This document shows, piece by piece, positions 1-10,127 of a DNA stretch of 64,000 bases. The notes beneath the pieces were generated by a model, which saw only the letters and a program-made list of their open reading frames with translations, did not search any database and was not told the DNA's origin. The stretch lies in contig CAVWKA010000003.1 in NCBI GenBank assembly GCA_963755515.1, positions 4,418-68,417 on the forward strand, given 5' to 3'. A program made the position numbers and the translations under genes. This stretch comes from an uncultured Verrucomicrobiae bacterium (GTDB taxonomy: Bacteria > Verrucomicrobiota > Verrucomicrobiia > Limisphaerales > UBA11358). Every line of letters begins with the position of its first letter. Position 1 is the first letter of the stretch.

Positions 1-512
1 TGAGGCAATGAACCAAGAGCATTCTGGTTTACTTCCGTGCGCGCCCCCTCACCTCAATCCTCTCCCCCGAGGGGGAGAGGAAGTTTGAACGAACGCGCAA
101 TCCGGAGAGGCAACGACGATGAGCATTCTGGGTTATTTCCGTGCGTGCCCCCTCACCTCAATCCTCTCCCCCGAGGGGGGGAGGAAGTTTGGCCGGACGC
201 GCAATCTGGTGAGGCAACAACGATTAGCATTCTGGTCTATTTCCGTGCGTGCCCCCTCACCTCAATCCTCTCCCCCGAGGGGGAGAGGAAGTTTGGGCGG
301 ATGCGCGATTCGGAGAGGCAACAACTATGAGCATTCTGGGTTATTTCCGTGCGTGCCCCCTCACCTCAATCCTCTCCCCCGAGGGGGAGAGGAAGTTTGA
401 ACGAACGCGCAATCTGGTGAGGCAACAACTATGAGCATTCTGGTTTATTTCCGTGCATGCCCCCTCACCTCAATCCTCTCCCCCGAGGGGGCGAGGAAGT
501 TTGAACGGGCGG
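1..512. repeat. Tandem array of a ~104-bp unit, about 5 copies, truncated by the window edge. Each unit carries a 22-nt palindrome cctctcccccgagggggagagg.
   Basis: Unit starts (gagcattctgg...) at ~17, 121, 225, 329 and 433. The whole unit is conserved apart from point substitutions, so there are no spacers. Palindrome example at 59-80. Track ORFs 37..330, 119..400 and 249..434 are the same repeat read in three frames. Confidence 0.9.
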
Positions 513-542
513 GGGGATGAGAAATGAGCGGGGGAAGGAAAT

Positions 543-570
543 AAAAAAGGCCCGGGGCCAGGAGGCCTCG
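543..570 (-). terminator. Possible rho-independent terminator of the pilin-like gene
   Basis: On the minus strand, about 25 nt after the stop at 595-597, a GC-rich self-complementary stretch (ggccccgggcc, 549-559) is followed by a T-run (complement of aaaaaa, 543-548). Confidence 0.45.
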
Positions 571-594
571 AGCCTTATGCGCGGAACCAGATTA

Positions 595-975
595 TTACGG
601 CAACGCGTGCGGGAAGTCAGTCAGGGTGCTCAACGAGCAACTGACTTGCGGGAACGCGCCGACGCTGGTGGTGTTATAGGTTCCACCGGCCGGGCAACCT
701 GGGACGCTGCTGTTGGAGTTCAGCTTGATGTAAGCTGAAACGGTGGCCACGGTCGGGACGGCTGCCCCGGTGGTCTGGCCGTTTTCCAACGCCCATTCAT
801 TAATGGCAGCATCAATCTGACGAAGGTTATTGATGCAGGCGTTCTGTTGCGATTTAGAGCGAGCGCGGATAAAGTTGGGGATCGCAATGGCTGCCAATAG
901 CCCGATAATGGCTACGACAATCATGATTTCCACCAACGTAAAACCCGCCTTCCGCCCTTGTTTGGTTTTCTTCAT
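595..975 (-). CDS. Prepilin-type N-terminal cleavage/methylation domain protein (type II secretion pseudopilin / type IV pilin-like)
   Basis: 126-aa ORF. MKKTKQGRKAGFTLVEIMIVVAIIGLLAAIAIP is a class III signal with a G|FTLVE motif and a hydrophobic helix. A CINNLRQIDAA motif follows, as in short PVC pilin-like proteins. Confidence 0.85.
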   Translation of the reverse strand: MKKTKQGRKAGFTLVEIMIVVAIIGLLAAIAIPNFIRARSKSQQNACINNLRQIDAAINEWALENGQTTGAAVPTVATVSAYIKLNSNSSVPGCPAGGTYNTTSVGAFPQVSCSLSTLTDFPHALP

Positions 976-1314
976 TATTTTTTTACTCCGTTATCCGCAG
1001 CGTGAACGATGCAACAGGCGGGTTATTATCATTACAGATTTCGTTCACGGATTGCCTGTCGCGACTGCGGCCAACCTGAAATTAGCATACTGGGTGCCAA
1101 ATTCAAATTATTGTATTCGCCCAACCGAAACGATGCCATTGGATCAGGGGCTTCTCGCGCAAGGTCTTCGTCGGTCGCCGCTTACAAATCGCTTCGCGGC
1201 TCCGTGGTTACAGATCATTTTGCAAGGTTTTTGCATTGATATGTCCAGATTATAGACGCAGTGCCCACAAAATGGGGTTGTGAAAGCTGGGAACGATTCA
1301 GTTTAAGAATTGCC

Positions 1315-1347
1315 TTCACGCAAAGCTCGCAAAGGCCGCAAAGAAAG
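1315..1347 (-). repeat. Dispersed ~34-bp REP-like motif (tttctttgcggcctttgcg..ctttgcgtga), inverted copy
   Basis: The reverse complement ctttctttgcggcctttgcgagctttgcgtgaa matches copies at 45715..45748 and ~46499..46533. Confidence 0.7.
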
Positions 1348-1828
1348 AATTAAGTCTGGCAACAAACGCTTTCGAACAATCCCGGTCCGGTTGTGAATAA
1401 TCTTGAACGCGGTATCGAGAATGATCAGTCAGATGATGCCGCCCCTGACGGGGATTTTGCGTATTCCTGGCGTTTTTCTACAAAGATATTGCTCCTAAAC
1501 GGGGCTTGCTGAGGGTCCGAGCCGGTTGTGAAACGGGTGCGAGAAAAAATTCGCATCTTTTTATCTTTGCGTTACTATACACCGGAGAACAGACGCAGAG
1601 GAAAATGGGTTTCCTGCTTCGTTCGGATTTTTCAAAACCAAGGACATGGCGGCAATGAAACTGACAGGAAGGCGGAAGGGTGGCGGCAAAGGGATTGTCC
1701 AAAGAATTTCCAGCAAGAACCGGGAAGGCGCTCGCGCGCCGGGACGAACCGGGCGAGAACTGAAACGGCAGAGGCGAACGCCCGCGCCGACGCGGCACGA
1801 AGTGAATTTCAGCCGGGAGGGTTACGCG

Positions 1829-3380
1829 ATGATGATGCCGGAGGCCCAGCGGTGGCTGGCGGCGATTGTGGAATCGTCCGACGACGCGATTATTGGGCTG
1901 GATTCGGAGGGCAAAATCATCAGCAGCAACCAGGGGGCGTTCCGGCTCTACGGCTATAAACCGGAGGAAATGATCGGGCGCTCGGTGCGAATGTTGATGC
2001 CGGCGGACATCCGGGATGAGTTGCAGAAGATTTTTGAGCACATTCGGCGCGACGAAATCGTGATGCATTTCGAGACGGTGCGGCGGCACAAGGACGGCCG
2101 GCGCATTGACGTGTCGCTGACCATCTCCCCGATCAAGGATGCCAACGGCGAAATCATCGGCGCGTCCAAGATTGCGCGGGACATCACCGGACGGAAGCGG
2201 GGGGAGAAACAGTTGGGAGACATTTTGGCGCGGGAAAAGGCGGCGCGTGAAGCGGCCGAGGCGGCGAACCGCGCGAAGGACGATTTTCTGGCGGCGCTTT
2301 CGCACGAACTTCGCACGCCGCTGAATCCGGTTCTGCTGCTGGCGAGCGAAGCGGCGCGGAACACGGACCTTCCGCCGGGAATCCGGACGGACTTCGATAC
2401 GATCCGGAAGAACATCGAACTGGAAGCGCGGCTGATTGATGATTTGCTGGATCTCACGCGGATCACCCATGGGCAAAATTGCGCTCAACCAGAGCGAACT
2501 GGACGTTCATGGTGTCCTGAACGATGCGATTTCGACGGTGCTGAACGAGATTGAAGAGAAGCGGCTGGCACTCAAGCTGAATTTGACGGCGAAACACCAC
2601 AAAATTTTTGGCGACGCGGTCCGGATCCAGCAAATTTTCTGGAACATTCTGAAGAACGCGGTGAAATTCAGCCACGAAGGCGGGCGGATCACGATAGGGA
2701 CGCGGTCCGGCGGGGGTCAAATTGCGGTGAGCGTATCGGACACGGGCATTGGGATGAGCGAGGACGAACGGGCGCGCGCTTTTTCGGCCTTTTCGCAAAG
2801 CACGGAACATTTCGGTGGGCTGGGGCTTGGGCTGGCGATATTGCGGGCGTTGGTGGAACGTCATGCCGGCTCGATCAGCGCTGAGAGCCAGGGCAGGGGC
2901 AAAGGGGCGACCTTTGTAGTGAAGCTGCCGCTGATACCGGTGCCGGGAGGGGGAACCAAAGCGCGACAACAAAGCCGGACGGCCGGGGAGCGCGCGGCGG
3001 GGCCGGGAAATGCGCATGGCCGCCGCGTTCATGTTTTACTGGTGGAGGACCACGAGGCGACGCGCATGACGTTGACGAAGTTATTGCTGCGGCGCCGATT
3101 CCAGGTGGCGGAGGCGGGGTCGCTGGCGGAGGCGCGGTCACAAATGGAGAAACATTCGTTTAATTTGCTGATCTCGGACATCGGGCTGCCTGACGGCAAC
3201 GGGAACGATTTGATGGCGGAGTTTCAGAATAAATTCCATGGGAAGGGCATTGCGTTGACGGGATACGGCATGGACGAGGACATCGAGAAAAGCCGGTCGG
3301 CGGGATTTGCCGAGCATCTGACCAAACCGATTCGGATCGAGTCGCTGGAAATTGCGCTGGCGGCGATTGAAGGTAAATGA
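1829..3380 (+). pseudogene. PAS-domain hybrid sensor histidine kinase/response regulator, interrupted by one frameshift near 2470
   Basis: ORFs 1646..2554 and 2436..3380 are halves of one protein. It has PAS (AIVESSDDAIIGLDSEGKII), HisKA (DDFLAALSHELRTPLNP), HATPase_c (VSDTGIGM..GGLGLGLAI) and a receiver domain (VLLVEDHEAT..ISDIGLPDG..LTKP). Removing one g of ggg at ~2470-2472 gives LTRITHGKIALNQSEL, matching the paralog at 49785..51401. Start placed at ATG 1829; the Arg-rich upstream part of the ORF looks non-coding. Confidence 0.85.
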
Positions 3381-3397
3381 GTTCGGTCGGGGGAGGA

Positions 3398-4907
3398 TTA
3401 TTTCCAACCACAACCCAGGGCCTTGATGAGGTTGACGGAAGCGGTCAAGCGCGCGCCTTCCAGTTGGACGGCGTCGTCTTGCTGTTGCAGGGCGGTGGTT
3501 TGGGCGGTGGCCACATTCAAGTAGGTGACAAGGCCGTCTTTGTATTGGTTGTTGGCAACCTCCAAAGCGCGCTTGCGCGGCGACGACGGCTTCGTTTTCC
3601 GCGTTCCATTCATTGGCGAGCAGTTGTTGCGCGGCCAATTCATCTTCCACTTCCCCGAACGCGGTCAAAACCGTATCGCGATAATCAGCGATTTGCTGGA
3701 GGTAAGCGGCGCGCGCGGCGGCGAGATTTGCGCGGTTGTAGCCGCCGGTGAACAGGGGCAACGTCAGGTCCGGTCCGACGGACCAAAGGCGGCTGGACCC
3801 GTCAAACCATGAACTGGCGCTAATGGATTGAAAACCCGCGAGGCCATTGAGGGTGACGGCGGGGAAGAAGGCCGCCTTGGCCACGCCAATGTCCGCGTTG
3901 GCTGCGGCCATGCGGCGTTCCGCGGCGGCGACGTCCGGGCGATATTCCAGCAATTGGCTGGGCACGCCGGGGGGGATTTCCGGGACCGACGCGATTTCGG
4001 TCGCGTTAGTGGTGATAAAAAAATCAACGGGCGACTGGCCGCAAATAATGGCCAGGGCGTGGAGTGTTTGAGCGCGGCGCAATTGGATATCGGGCAACTC
4101 GGCCTCGGCCGCGTGCAACAGCGTTGCGGCCTGGGCGACGTCCAAATCAGAAACCGCTCCGCCGTGCCGGAGATTTTCCGTGAGTTCCAGCGAGCGGCGG
4201 TAGGCCTCAATGGTGCCGGCGACCAGATTATATTGGCGGTCCATAGTCCGCAGGGCAAAGAAATCGTCGGCCACCTCAGCGGCGACATCGAGTTTGGCGG
4301 ACGCCAAATCGTCGGCACTGGCGACAAAGCGCGCCCCGGCCGCCTGGGAGAGCCGGCGCACGCGTCCCCACAAATCAAGTTCCCATCCAAGATAAACCGG
4401 GGCGGTGAAGGTGTCATAGGTTTCCGTGGCGCCGGCGGCGACGCCGTTTTGAGGTTCGTTGATACTGGTGCGCTGGCGGTTGATATCGCCGCCCGGGGTG
4501 CCGCCAGCGGTCAATTGCGGATAGAATTCCGAACGCGCTTCGATGGCGAGTTGGCGGGCCTGCTCAAACTGGGCGGCGAGGGCCGCGAGATTCTGGTTAT
4601 TGGTGAGGGCAAGCTGCTCCAGGTTGTCCAATTCGGGATTGCCGAACAATTCCCACCAGTTGCCGCGCGGCGCATTCGCGGACGGCTCGGCCACCAACCA
4701 AATCACTCCATTGGTCCCGGCGGTCACGGTGGTGAATGATTTTGGCAAGGGCTGGGTTGGCAACGCCGCGGGACGTTGATAATCGGGGCCGACGGCGCAG
4801 CCTGCCGCAAGGGTGGCGAGCGCAAACGCAACAAGAACGGTCGCCAATCCGCAATCGCGAACCGGCCATCTTTTTCCATTCTTCCTTCCGCAATCCACAT
4901 TCTTCAT
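3398..4907 (-). pseudogene. RND efflux outer-membrane factor lipoprotein (NodT/OprM family), interrupted by one frameshift near 3575
   Basis: ORF 3138..4907 carries a genuine N-terminal part with lipobox LATLAAGC. ORF 3398..3643 carries the true C-terminus. Removing one base near 3575 restores AVVAAQRALEVANNQYKDGLVTYLNV. ATGA start/stop overlap with the adaptor gene at 4904-4907. Confidence 0.85.
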
Positions 4908-6070
4908 TCGTTTGGTGAATTCGTTGAGACGACCTGCACGGTCATGCCATCGGCGATGGAGTCAGGCGGATTGTCAATGACGCGGTCGTTTATCGTCAAG
5001 CCATCCAGCACTTCGATGTCGCTGCCAAAATCACGTCCGAGCTTTACCGAAAGCAAATGCACGCGGTCATTGCTGTCAAGGACGGCGACCTGGGTACCCT
5101 GGGCGCGAAAGATGATGGCGTTGTCGGAAATCGTCAGCGTTTTGGGGGCGGCGCTTTCGTTGAAGCGGACCTGGGCGTAGCTGCCGGCGAAGAGTTCGTG
5201 GCGGGGGTTTGGCACCTGCAATTCGACCTGCAGGGTGCGGGAGGCGGGGTCCACCGCGCCCGCGATCTGGGTGACGGTGGCTGTAAAAGTGCGTCCGGGC
5301 AGTTCCTGAAAAGTCAATTCAGCCTTTTGGCCGGGGGCAATCCCATAGGCGTATTGTTGCGGGACCTGGACATAAACGCGCAGCGGGTCGGTTTGGGCCA
5401 TGCCAAAAAGTTCCGGGCCGCTGCCGGCGGCGATGAGCTGGCCGATGTCGGTGTTGCGGGCGGTGATGACGCCGTTAAATGGCGCGGTGACGTTATCAAA
5501 ACCTTTCAGGTCCTGGAGGCGCTGGAGATTGGCGCGGGCGGCCTCGACGTTGGCCTGTTGCAAGACGTAATCGGACTGTTTTTCCTGGGCGTCCTGTTCG
5601 CTGACGCTGGCGGATTTGAGGAGTTCCGTCCAGCGATCGGCGGTAATTTTTGCCAGGTTCAGGGCGGCATTGGCCTGGTCCAATTGCGCTTTGGCTTGCG
5701 CGAGTTGTTCGTCCAATTCAGGTGTTTCAATTTGGGCAAGCACCTGGCCATTGGTGACCTGGTTGCCGATGTCCACGAACCAGTTTTTCAGATAGCCGCT
5801 GGCGCGGGCATGGATGGAGGCTTCAATGAACGCCTGAACATCGGCCGGCAAGGGCGTGCCTAAATCCGGCGCGGCGGGGTCCGGCGAAATGACGGTGACG
5901 GTGCGGACGGAATCTTCGCGCGTGTCGGCCAGGAGCTTGCGGTGGGCAAGCCAGCGAGGCACGAAGCCGATGATGAGGCCGATGACGATGAGGCCGACGA
6001 CGATTTCGCCGACGCGCCGCAAACGGATGGGCGGGGGACCGGATGGCGATGAAGAGGGGGTTGGGTTCAT
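4904..6070 (-). CDS. RND efflux periplasmic adaptor (membrane fusion protein, HlyD family)
   Basis: 388 aa with an N-terminal TM helix (VVGLIVIGLIIGFV), a coiled-coil hairpin (ELDEQLAQAKAQLDQANAALNLAK ... VEAARANLQRLQ) and a beta-barrel part. ATGA overlaps at both ends (6067-6070, 4904-4907). Confidence 0.9.
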   Translation of the reverse strand: MNPTPSSSPSGPPPIRLRRVGEIVVGLIVIGLIIGFVPRWLAHRKLLADTREDSVRTVTVISPDPAAPDLGTPLPADVQAFIEASIHARASGYLKNWFVDIGNQVTNGQVLAQIETPELDEQLAQAKAQLDQANAALNLAKITADRWTELLKSASVSEQDAQEKQSDYVLQQANVEAARANLQRLQDLKGFDNVTAPFNGVITARNTDIGQLIAAGSGPELFGMAQTDPLRVYVQVPQQYAYGIAPGQKAELTFQELPGRTFTATVTQIAGAVDPASRTLQVELQVPNPRHELFAGSYAQVRFNESAAPKTLTISDNAIIFRAQGTQVAVLDSNDRVHLLSVKLGRDFGSDIEVLDGLTINDRVIDNPPDSIADGMTVQVVSTNSPNE

Positions 6071-9000
6071 GGCGTTAACGTTGGGTTGTTCGGCTGCGGT
6101 TGGTAGCGGCGGTGCATGAAGCTGAAGACCACCGGGACAAAAAACAGGGTGGCAATGGTGGCAAAGACCAGTCCGCCGATGACGGCGCGGCCGAGTGGGG
6201 CATTTTGCTCGCCGCCCTCGCCGATGCCGAGGCTCATGGGGGCCATGCCGATAATCATGGCGAGGGCGGTCATCAAGACCGGGCGGATACGGCTTGTGCC
6301 GGCTTCGAGGGCGGCGGTGACGGAATTTGATCCGAGGTGAAGGTTTTGGCGGGCGAAGGAAACGACGAGGACGGAGTTGGCGGTGGCGACGCCCATGCTC
6401 ATGATGGCGCCCATGAGGGCGGGCACGCTCAAGGTGGTTTGTGTCAAAAACAATCCCCAGACGACACCGGCCAGGGCGCCCGGCAGGGCGGTGATGATAA
6501 TGAACGGGTCGAGCCAGCTTTGAAAATTCACGACGAGGAGGAAGTAAATCAGGATAATGGCCATGACCAGACCGAGGCCAAGACCGATGTAACTGGAGAT
6601 CATGGTCTGGGCCTGTCCGCGCAGGATGATGGTGCTGCCCTGCGGCAGGTCCTTCCTGATCTTCGCGATGAGCGGTCGAATATCGCTCAAGACACCGCCC
6701 AGGTCCCGCCCATCCACGCCGCCGTAAACGTCAATGACGGGCATCACGTTGTAATGGGAAACGACGGGCGAGATTTCGATGCGTTTGAGGCTGGCGACAT
6801 TGGCGAGGAGTTGGTCGCCGGAGGGGCCGGCGCTGACCGGCAAGGCGTTGAGTTGTTGAACCGAATCAATGGCGTATTGGGGAGTCATGACGTTGATCAG
6901 GTATTGCACGCCGACGCGGGGATCGAGCCAATAGGCGGGCTGCACCTGGCTGCTGCCGCTCAAGCCCAGCAAGACGGCATTGGCAACGCTTTCATCCGTG
7001 AGACCGAACTCGGCGGCCTTATCGCGGTCAACGGTGATCTGGAATTGGGGCAGGTTGTTTGGTTGCTGCACCCGCACGTCCACCGCGCCGGGGATTTGTT
7101 GGATTTCATCGGCCAGCCGCACGGCAACCTGGCGGTTTTGGACCTGGTTGTTGCCGACAATCTGGACGTCGTATGGCGCGGGAAGGCTGAAGTTCAACGT
7201 CTGGCTGACGATGTCCGCCGGGCAGAAAGTAAAACATGACGCCGGGAAAAGCGCGGCCCAACTCCTGGCGCAATTTGCGCACATAAATTTCCGTTGGGGC
7301 GTGGCCGCGATTGAGCGAGACCAGAACATCCGCGTCATTGGCTCCAATCACGCCGCTGGTATTGTAGCTTAGATTGATGGACGAATTCGGAATGCCGATA
7401 TTGTCGAGGATGCCATGGAGGTCACTTGGGCGAACGGCCTGGCGGATGACGCCATTGATTTCGCCGGCCAGCCGTTCGGTTTCCTCGATCCGTGTTCCTG
7501 TCGGGGCGCGGAAGTGGAGCAAGAACTGGCCGGTATCAACGATGGGGAAGAAATTCCGTCCGAGGACGGCAACGAGGAGCCAGGACAGAACGCAGAACGC
7601 CAAAAACAGGGGCGCGAAGGTTTTTCGATGCTCGAAACAACTGGAGAGCAAGGCGCGATAGCCGTTGCGGAAGCGGTCGAAGGCGCGCTCAAAGGCGCGT
7701 TGGAACCGGACGAACGGCAAGACGGCCGCCGGCACATTGGATTCATCAATGTGTTCGCCGTGCAAATGAACGTTACGATAAAGCCACATGACCAGCGTGG
7801 GGACGAGCGTGCGGGAAATGAGATAACTGGCCAGGATGGCGAACACGACGGCTTCGGCCAGGGGCACGAACAAATAGCGGGCGACGCCGGTGAGAAAAAA
7901 CATCGGCACGAAGACGATGGAAATGCACAACGAGGAGACGAACGCCGGCAGGACGATTTCCTGGGAACCCTTGATGATGGAGTCATTCAGTGCCTGGCCC
8001 GCGGCCATGTGGCGATGGATGTTTTCGATGGTGACGGTCGCGTCATCCACCAGGATGCCGACCGCCAGGGCAAGGCCGCCGAGGGTCATCAAATTGATGG
8101 TTTCGCCGAGGGAACTCAAAGCGGCGATGGAACAAAGGACGGCGAGCGGAATGGACAGGGCGATGATGAAGGTGCTGCGCCAGGAGCCAAGGAACAGCAA
8201 AATCATCGTCGCGGTGAGGCAGGCGGCGATGACGCCTTCCTTCACGACGCCGCTGATGGCCGCGCGCACGAAAAGGGATTGGTCGGCAAACTCATGGACC
8301 TGCAAGTCCGGGGCATTGACATGCACGGCGGCCATGACGCGGGGCAGGGCGGCTTTGACGCCTTTCACGACGTCCAGCGTGGAGGCATTTCCCGCCTTCA
8401 TAATGGTGAGCAACGCGCCGCGGACGCCGTCCTGGCGGACCGCGTTTTGTTGCGGCGTATATCCGTCATGCACCTCCGCGACGTCGCTCAGATAGATTGT
8501 CGCGCCGTTGACCACCTTGATGGGGAGATGATTCAAATCGTCAATCAGTTTCGCGTTGGTGTCCACGGCCACCGAATATTCCGTCGGGCCGATCTTGGCG
8601 GTGCCGCTGGGGAGGACGAGGTTTTGGGCGTTGACGGCGGCGATGACGTCCTGAGCCTGGACATTTTTAGCCTTGAGGGCGGCGAGGTTGAGATCAACGG
8701 CGACGACGCGGTTTTTTCCGCCGTAGGGCCAGGGGATCATGGCGCCGGGGACGGTGGCGAGGCCGACGCGGACCTGGTTGGCGGCGGCGTCGAACAATTG
8801 CTGTTCGGACATTTTTGCGCTGCTGAAGCTGTATTGGAGGACCGGGACGGTGGAGGCGTTGTATTGAATGATGAGGGGCGGGGTGATGCCCGGCGGCATT
8901 TGTTTCAAGACCGTTTGCCCGACTGCGGTAATTTGCGCCACGGCGGAATCCACGGAGGCATGGGGTTGGAGGAAGACCTTGATGACGCCGATGCCGTTGT

Positions 9001-9256
9001 AGGAAGTGGACTCGATATGTTCGATGTTGTTGACGGTGACGGTCAACGCGCGCTCGTTGACATAGACGATGCGCTGCTCCATTTCCTTGGGATTAAGTCC
9101 GGTATATTGCCAGATGATGCTGACGACGGGGATGTTGATGGCCGGGAAAATGTCCGTCGGCATCCGGAGCAGAATGAACGGCGTGAGGATCAAGAGCAGC
9201 AACGCGGCCACCACGAACGTGTAGGGCCGGCGCAGAGCTAAAAGGACAATCCACAT
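6067..9256 (-). pseudogene. RND multidrug efflux permease (AcrB/HAE1-type, ~1060 codons), interrupted by one frameshift near 7220
   Basis: ORF 7106..9256 is the N-terminal part and 6067..7347 the C-terminal part. Removing one c from ccc at ~7218-7222 restores FPGVMFYFLPADIVSQTLNFSLPAPYDVQIVG. Multiple TM segments and large periplasmic loops, typical of AcrB. Confidence 0.9.
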
Positions 9257-9328
9257 ATCGTTTTGCGTTTAAACGCCGGAAGGCCGGCGACATTCATCCT
9301 CGACTCAACGTTCTGGCTTGATCGGTAA

Positions 9329-9344
9329 ATAACTGTTTAGTCAA
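9329..9344. promoter_or_regulatory. Imperfect copy of the TetR-operator-like palindrome, between tetR and the pump gene
   Basis: Minus-strand reading ttgactaaacagtta resembles TTGACTgaatAGTCAA at 10050..10065. It lies in the 124-nt gap between the TetR stop (9381) and the pump start (9256). Confidence 0.35.
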
Positions 9345-9380
9345 CAATGGGCCGTAAGGCGTTCGATCATCTCCGGTTTT

Positions 9381-9983
9381 TCATGCGGCTAATTGCCTGG
9401 CACCGATCATGTCCACCACCGCCGGCTGCAATTCTTCGAGAATTTGGAGGTTATTGTGAACTTTGGCGTAAAGGAGCAATCCCATGGCGGTTGAATAAAT
9501 GCGTCTGGCGCCCGCCTGGGGATCAATGGAAATCAACCCTTCGCGTTGGGCGTCGCGCAAGGCGCTTTCCAGATACCGGAGGTTGCGGTCCATCAGTTCC
9601 TCGGATTTGGCGCGAATCTTTTCGTCTTGGGTGGCGACTTCGGTTCCGAGGCTGGCATAAGGGCAGCCGCAGACGTGGCCGTATTTCTCCGTCTTTTGTT
9701 TCTGGCGCTCTCGCAGGTGTTTGCACCATAGCTCGATCCGCTCCAGCGGCGGAATTTGCGGGGAAAAAATCCGATCCAATTCCGGTTGTTTTTCGCGCCA
9801 ATGCTCTTCGTAGGCTGCGACCGCCAAGTCGGATTTTGACGGAAAAAAATGGTAAAAGCTGCCCTTGTTGACGTGAGCGCGCTCGCAGATGTGGTCCACG
9901 CTCACCGAACCGTAACTCTGGTTCCAAATAAGGTCGAAAGCCACCTGCAGCAGCTTCTCTCTGGCATCACTCGGTCTTCCCAT
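9381..9983 (-). CDS. TetR/AcrR-family transcriptional regulator
   Basis: 200 aa. The N-terminal HTH EKLLQVAFDLIWNQSYGSVSVDHICERAHVNKGSFYHFFPSK is the TetR_N signature. Located directly upstream of, and co-directional with, the RND genes. Confidence 0.9.
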   Translation of the reverse strand: MGRPSDAREKLLQVAFDLIWNQSYGSVSVDHICERAHVNKGSFYHFFPSKSDLAVAAYEEHWREKQPELDRIFSPQIPPLERIELWCKHLRERQKQKTEKYGHVCGCPYASLGTEVATQDEKIRAKSEELMDRNLRYLESALRDAQREGLISIDPQAGARRIYSTAMGLLLYAKVHNNLQILEELQPAVVDMIGARQLAA

Positions 9984-10049
9984 GAGGATTGTGTTGTTGG
10001 TTAAAATTGCGCGATTGATTCAACCGCGCGTTCAGAGAGAATATCATTA

Positions 10050-10065
10050 TTGACTGAATAGTCAA
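10050..10065. promoter_or_regulatory. Perfect 6-4-6 palindrome TTGACTgaatAGTCAA, candidate TetR operator
   Basis: Seen directly at 10050-10065, about 67 nt upstream of the TetR start codon (9983), inside an AT-richer 144-nt intergenic region. Confidence 0.5.
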
Positions 10066-10127
10066 ATCGTCATTGCGACGACCCGGGAGAAAAAGTCATG
10101 GCGGGGACGAGAGGCGCCGGTAGGTAG

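Noticed and set aside
37-434. ORFs 37..330, 119..400 and 249..434 as protein-coding genes
   Set aside because: They are the same tandem repeat read in three frames (periodic ..PLTSILSPEGERKF.. / ..PHLNPLPRGGEEV..). There is no independent coding evidence.
1-512. Possible CRISPR array (regular repeats with a palindromic core)
   Set aside because: The entire 104-bp period is conserved between copies, so there are no unique spacers. The repeat length and structure do not fit CRISPR, and no cas genes are nearby.
1646-1828. N-terminal extensions given by the ORF track (1646 for the PAS kinase, and similarly 25434, 27808, 28722, 31358, 33186, 35839, 19693, 51922)
   Set aside because: The extensions overlap upstream genes or hairpins, are Arg-rich or lack signal peptides. 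Internal ATGs immediately precede clear signal peptides or domain starts.
2465-2475. Programmed ribosomal frameshifting as an explanation for the split genes
   Set aside because: I saw no shared slippery heptamer or downstream structure at the break sites. Both +1 and -1 corrections are needed, and the affected families are not known to use recoding. Indel error or mutation is simpler.
7415-9241. Long antisense or alternative-frame ORFs in high-GC genes (e.g. 7415..9241 608 aa, 34287..35852 521 aa, 1478..2488 336 aa, 36100..37113, 37444..38529, 39300..40262, 16089..17081, 3828..4739, 6337..7239)
   Set aside because: All lie opposite or out of frame to genes with clear family signatures. Their translations are Arg/Gly/Ala/Pro-rich low-complexity sequence typical of shadow ORFs in GC-rich DNA.
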